The position numbers and the translations under genes are program-made. Positions 30,813 to 32,731 of a DNA stretch of 32,731 bases are shown here, one piece after another. Position 1 is the stretch's first letter. Each line of letters starts with the position of its first letter. The DNA comes from Kofleriaceae bacterium. GTDB lineage: Bacteria; Myxococcota_A; Polyangia; Haliangiales; Haliangiaceae. Under the pieces are notes generated by a model. The model ran no database searches. It was given only the letters and a program-made list of their open reading frames with translations, and was not told where the DNA came from. The stretch covers positions 1 to 32,731 of the forward strand of contig JBKJLC010000240.1 of NCBI GenBank assembly GCA_046597055.1, read 5' to 3'.

Positions 30813-32384
30813 ATGGCTGACCGCCAGCACAACCTCGCCGCGCTGGTCCTGGCCAGCGGCGCGCCCGAGGCGGTGGCGCTGCGCGAGGGCGAGCGCGCCT
30901 GGACCTACGCGCAGCTGGCCGACACCATCGCCCGCATCAGCGCGGCGATGACCCGGCTCGGGATCGCGCGCGGCGAGCGGGTCGCGATCCTCATGCGCGA
31001 CACCCTCGAGGCGGCCGCGGCGATCCTCGGCGTCATCCACGCCGGCGCGGTCGCGGTCCCGCTGTCCGAGCTGGCCCGGCCCGACGATCTGCGCGAGGTC
31101 CTCGCCCACGCCGACGCGGTCGCCGCGGTCGTCGACGGCGAGCTCGAGCCCGCGCTCGATCAGGTCCGGGGCGAGCTGCCGCGCCTGCGCGAGGTGGTGT
31201 GCGTCACCCCGCAGGCCGCCGGCGTGCACGATCTGGCCGCGCTGATCGCGGCGGTGCTCCCGGCCGAGCCGGCCATGGTCGCGGCCAGCGACGACTGTCT
31301 GCTGCTGTACTCGGCCGCCTTCCTCGACGAGCCGCGCGGGGTCCGCCACAGCCACGCGTCGGTGCTGGCGGCCCACTGCTCGTTCGCGTCCTGGCTGGGC
31401 CTGACCGCCGGCGATCGGATGTTCACGGTGAACCGGCTGTCGACCGCGTTCGGCATCGGCGCGGCGCTGCTGTTCCCGCTGCTCGCGGGCGCCGAGTCGC
31501 TGCTGTTGCCCGAGCAGCCGCAGAGCCGGGTGCTGCTCGCCGCGATCGAGCGGTTCCGCCCCGACTTCTTCGTGACCACGCCTTCGATCTACGGCCAGCT
31601 CGCCCGCGACGTCGAGGTCGCCGGGGCCGGGCCGCCGCTGGCCACGCTGCGCGGGGCCATCGCGAGCGGCGAGGGCATGCCCGAGCAGCTGATCGGCAAG
31701 ATCCGCGGCTCGCTCGGGGTCGACGTCGTGGTCGGCTACGGCCTGACCGAGGTCATGCAGCTCGCGATCGCGGGACACGTAGGGTCCGACGAGCGCGCCG
31801 GTGCGTGCGGCATCGCGCTGCCCGGCGTCGACGCCCGGGTGGTCGACGATGACGGGCGGGTGGTCGGGGCCGACGAGATCGGCACCCTGCAGCTGCGCAC
31901 GCCGTCGATCTGCACCGGCTACTGGTACGGCCCGGGCGGCGCCGCGCCTGACGACGACGGGCTCGGCGGCGACGGCTGGCTGACCACCCGCGACCGGTTC
32001 CTGGTCGACGCCCGCGGCGTCTATCATCACTGTGGTCGCGCCGACGATCTGTTCAAGGTCGGGGGCAAGTGGGTGTCGCCGCTCGAGGTCGAGCGCGCGC
32101 TGACCTCGCACGAGGCGGTGTGGGAAGCCGCCGTGATCGGCGCCGACGACGAAGACGGGCTGATCAAGCCGCTGGCGTTCGTGGTCGTGAACGTCGGCCA
32201 GACCGCCGGCGCCGCCCTCGAGGCCGAGCTGTGCGAGTTCATCAAGCAGACCCTGGCCCCGTACAAGTACCCGCGCTGGGTCGAGTTCATCGACGTGCTG
32301 CCGCGCGGACCCGGCGGCAAGCTGCTTCGCTACAAGCTGCGCGCGCCCCGGCGCCGCCGTCGCGCCGAGACCGGCGCGAGCTGA
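30813..32384 (+). CDS. Benzoate-CoA ligase-like adenylate-forming (ANL) protein with a degenerate P-loop
   Basis: GYGLTE, GRADDLFKVGGKWVSPLEVE, GLIKPLAFVV and LAPYKYPRWVEF..LPR..GK are benzoate-CoA ligase family hallmarks. The A3 motif reads YSAAFLDEPRG. Confidence 0.85.
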   Translation: MADRQHNLAALVLASGAPEAVALREGERAWTYAQLADTIARISAAMTRLGIARGERVAILMRDTLEAAAAILGVIHAGAVAVPLSELARPDDLREVLAHADAVAAVVDGELEPALDQVRGELPRLREVVCVTPQAAGVHDLAALIAAVLPAEPAMVAASDDCLLLYSAAFLDEPRGVRHSHASVLAAHCSFASWLGLTAGDRMFTVNRLSTAFGIGAALLFPLLAGAESLLLPEQPQSRVLLAAIERFRPDFFVTTPSIYGQLARDVEVAGAGPPLATLRGAIASGEGMPEQLIGKIRGSLGVDVVVGYGLTEVMQLAIAGHVGSDERAGACGIALPGVDARVVDDDGRVVGADEIGTLQLRTPSICTGYWYGPGGAAPDDDGLGGDGWLTTRDRFLVDARGVYHHCGRADDLFKVGGKWVSPLEVERALTSHEAVWEAAVIGADDEDGLIKPLAFVVVNVGQTAGAALEAELCEFIKQTLAPYKYPRWVEFIDVLPRGPGGKLLRYKLRAPRRRRRAETGAS

Positions 32385-32529
32385 CCGCGCTGACCGTCGT
32401 CGGGCCCGGGCCGGGCCGACTTCACCACGCCATGCTCGCACGCCGGCGGTGTCGACCACCGGCCTCGGCCTCCTCGACTGGGGTCGGTGTGCGGTCGCCG
32501 GCAGCGCGGTGCTGTGGGTGCGCGAGCCA

Positions 32530-32689
32530 AGGGCTCGCGAATGGATCACTCGCTCGCCCTCGCGGCCGATCCATCCCGGCTGGCTTCGTTGCTCGTCGGT
32601 TACATACGGAGAGTATGCGCCCTCCTCGCGCCTCGCCATCCGGGCGCCTCGGCCGCGATCGTCGATCGACTTATCCATTCGCGGGCCCT
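32530..32689. mobile_element. 160-bp palindromic MITE/REP-like element
   Basis: Terminal inverted repeats agggctcgcgaatggat / atccattcgcgggccct (16/17 match). Imperfect pairing continues for about 55 bp per arm, with a central hairpin catac-ggaga-gtatg (32603-32617). Confidence 0.7.
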
Positions 32690-32731
32690 GAGCAAGCTGC
32701 TTGTGCGCCACGTGGGGACCGGTCGGGCTGC

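Noticed and set aside
30798..32711. 637-aa minus-strand ORF starting MAHKQ...RREEGAYSPYVTDEQR
   Set aside because: Its N-terminus is translated palindromic repeat and the rest is the antisense shadow of the CoA-ligase-like gene.

Overview
Very GC-rich bacterial chromosomal DNA whose gene content points to a myxobacterium (Myxococcota; inference). From left to right: the 3' end of nadC, birA, and an AgmX/PglI(TonB_C)-like membrane protein. Next is an envelope motor/transport cluster (TPR lipoprotein, tonB, exbB, exbD, exbD, Cys-rich Ig-fold lipoprotein, Oar-type TonB-dependent transporter). Then come pcrA/uvrD, a convergent DUF1844-htrA pair, and a MoxR/Bat operon (MoxR, DUF58, BatD-like, BatA, BatB, BatC-like TPR) coupled to a sigma-54 response regulator. 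These are followed by a small secreted protein with thioester-domain-like motifs, a 1638-aa Ser/Thr kinase-NTPase-TPR-GAF-His kinase hybrid, a small ORF behind a good sigma-54 promoter, rsmD-coaD-aminotransferase, a benzoate-CoA-ligase-like protein with a degenerate P-loop, and a 160-bp palindromic MITE/REP-like element. I saw no tRNA, rRNA, CRISPR array or transposase. The best candidates for new biology are (i) the Oar/Ton cluster with extra Agl/Glt-like parts, (ii) a stand-alone secreted thioester-domain-like protein in a diderm, (iii) a possibly self-contained hybrid kinase/NtrC/sigma-54 circuit and (iv) the possible pseudo-CoA-ligase. All calls come from reading motifs by eye; no database searches were run.
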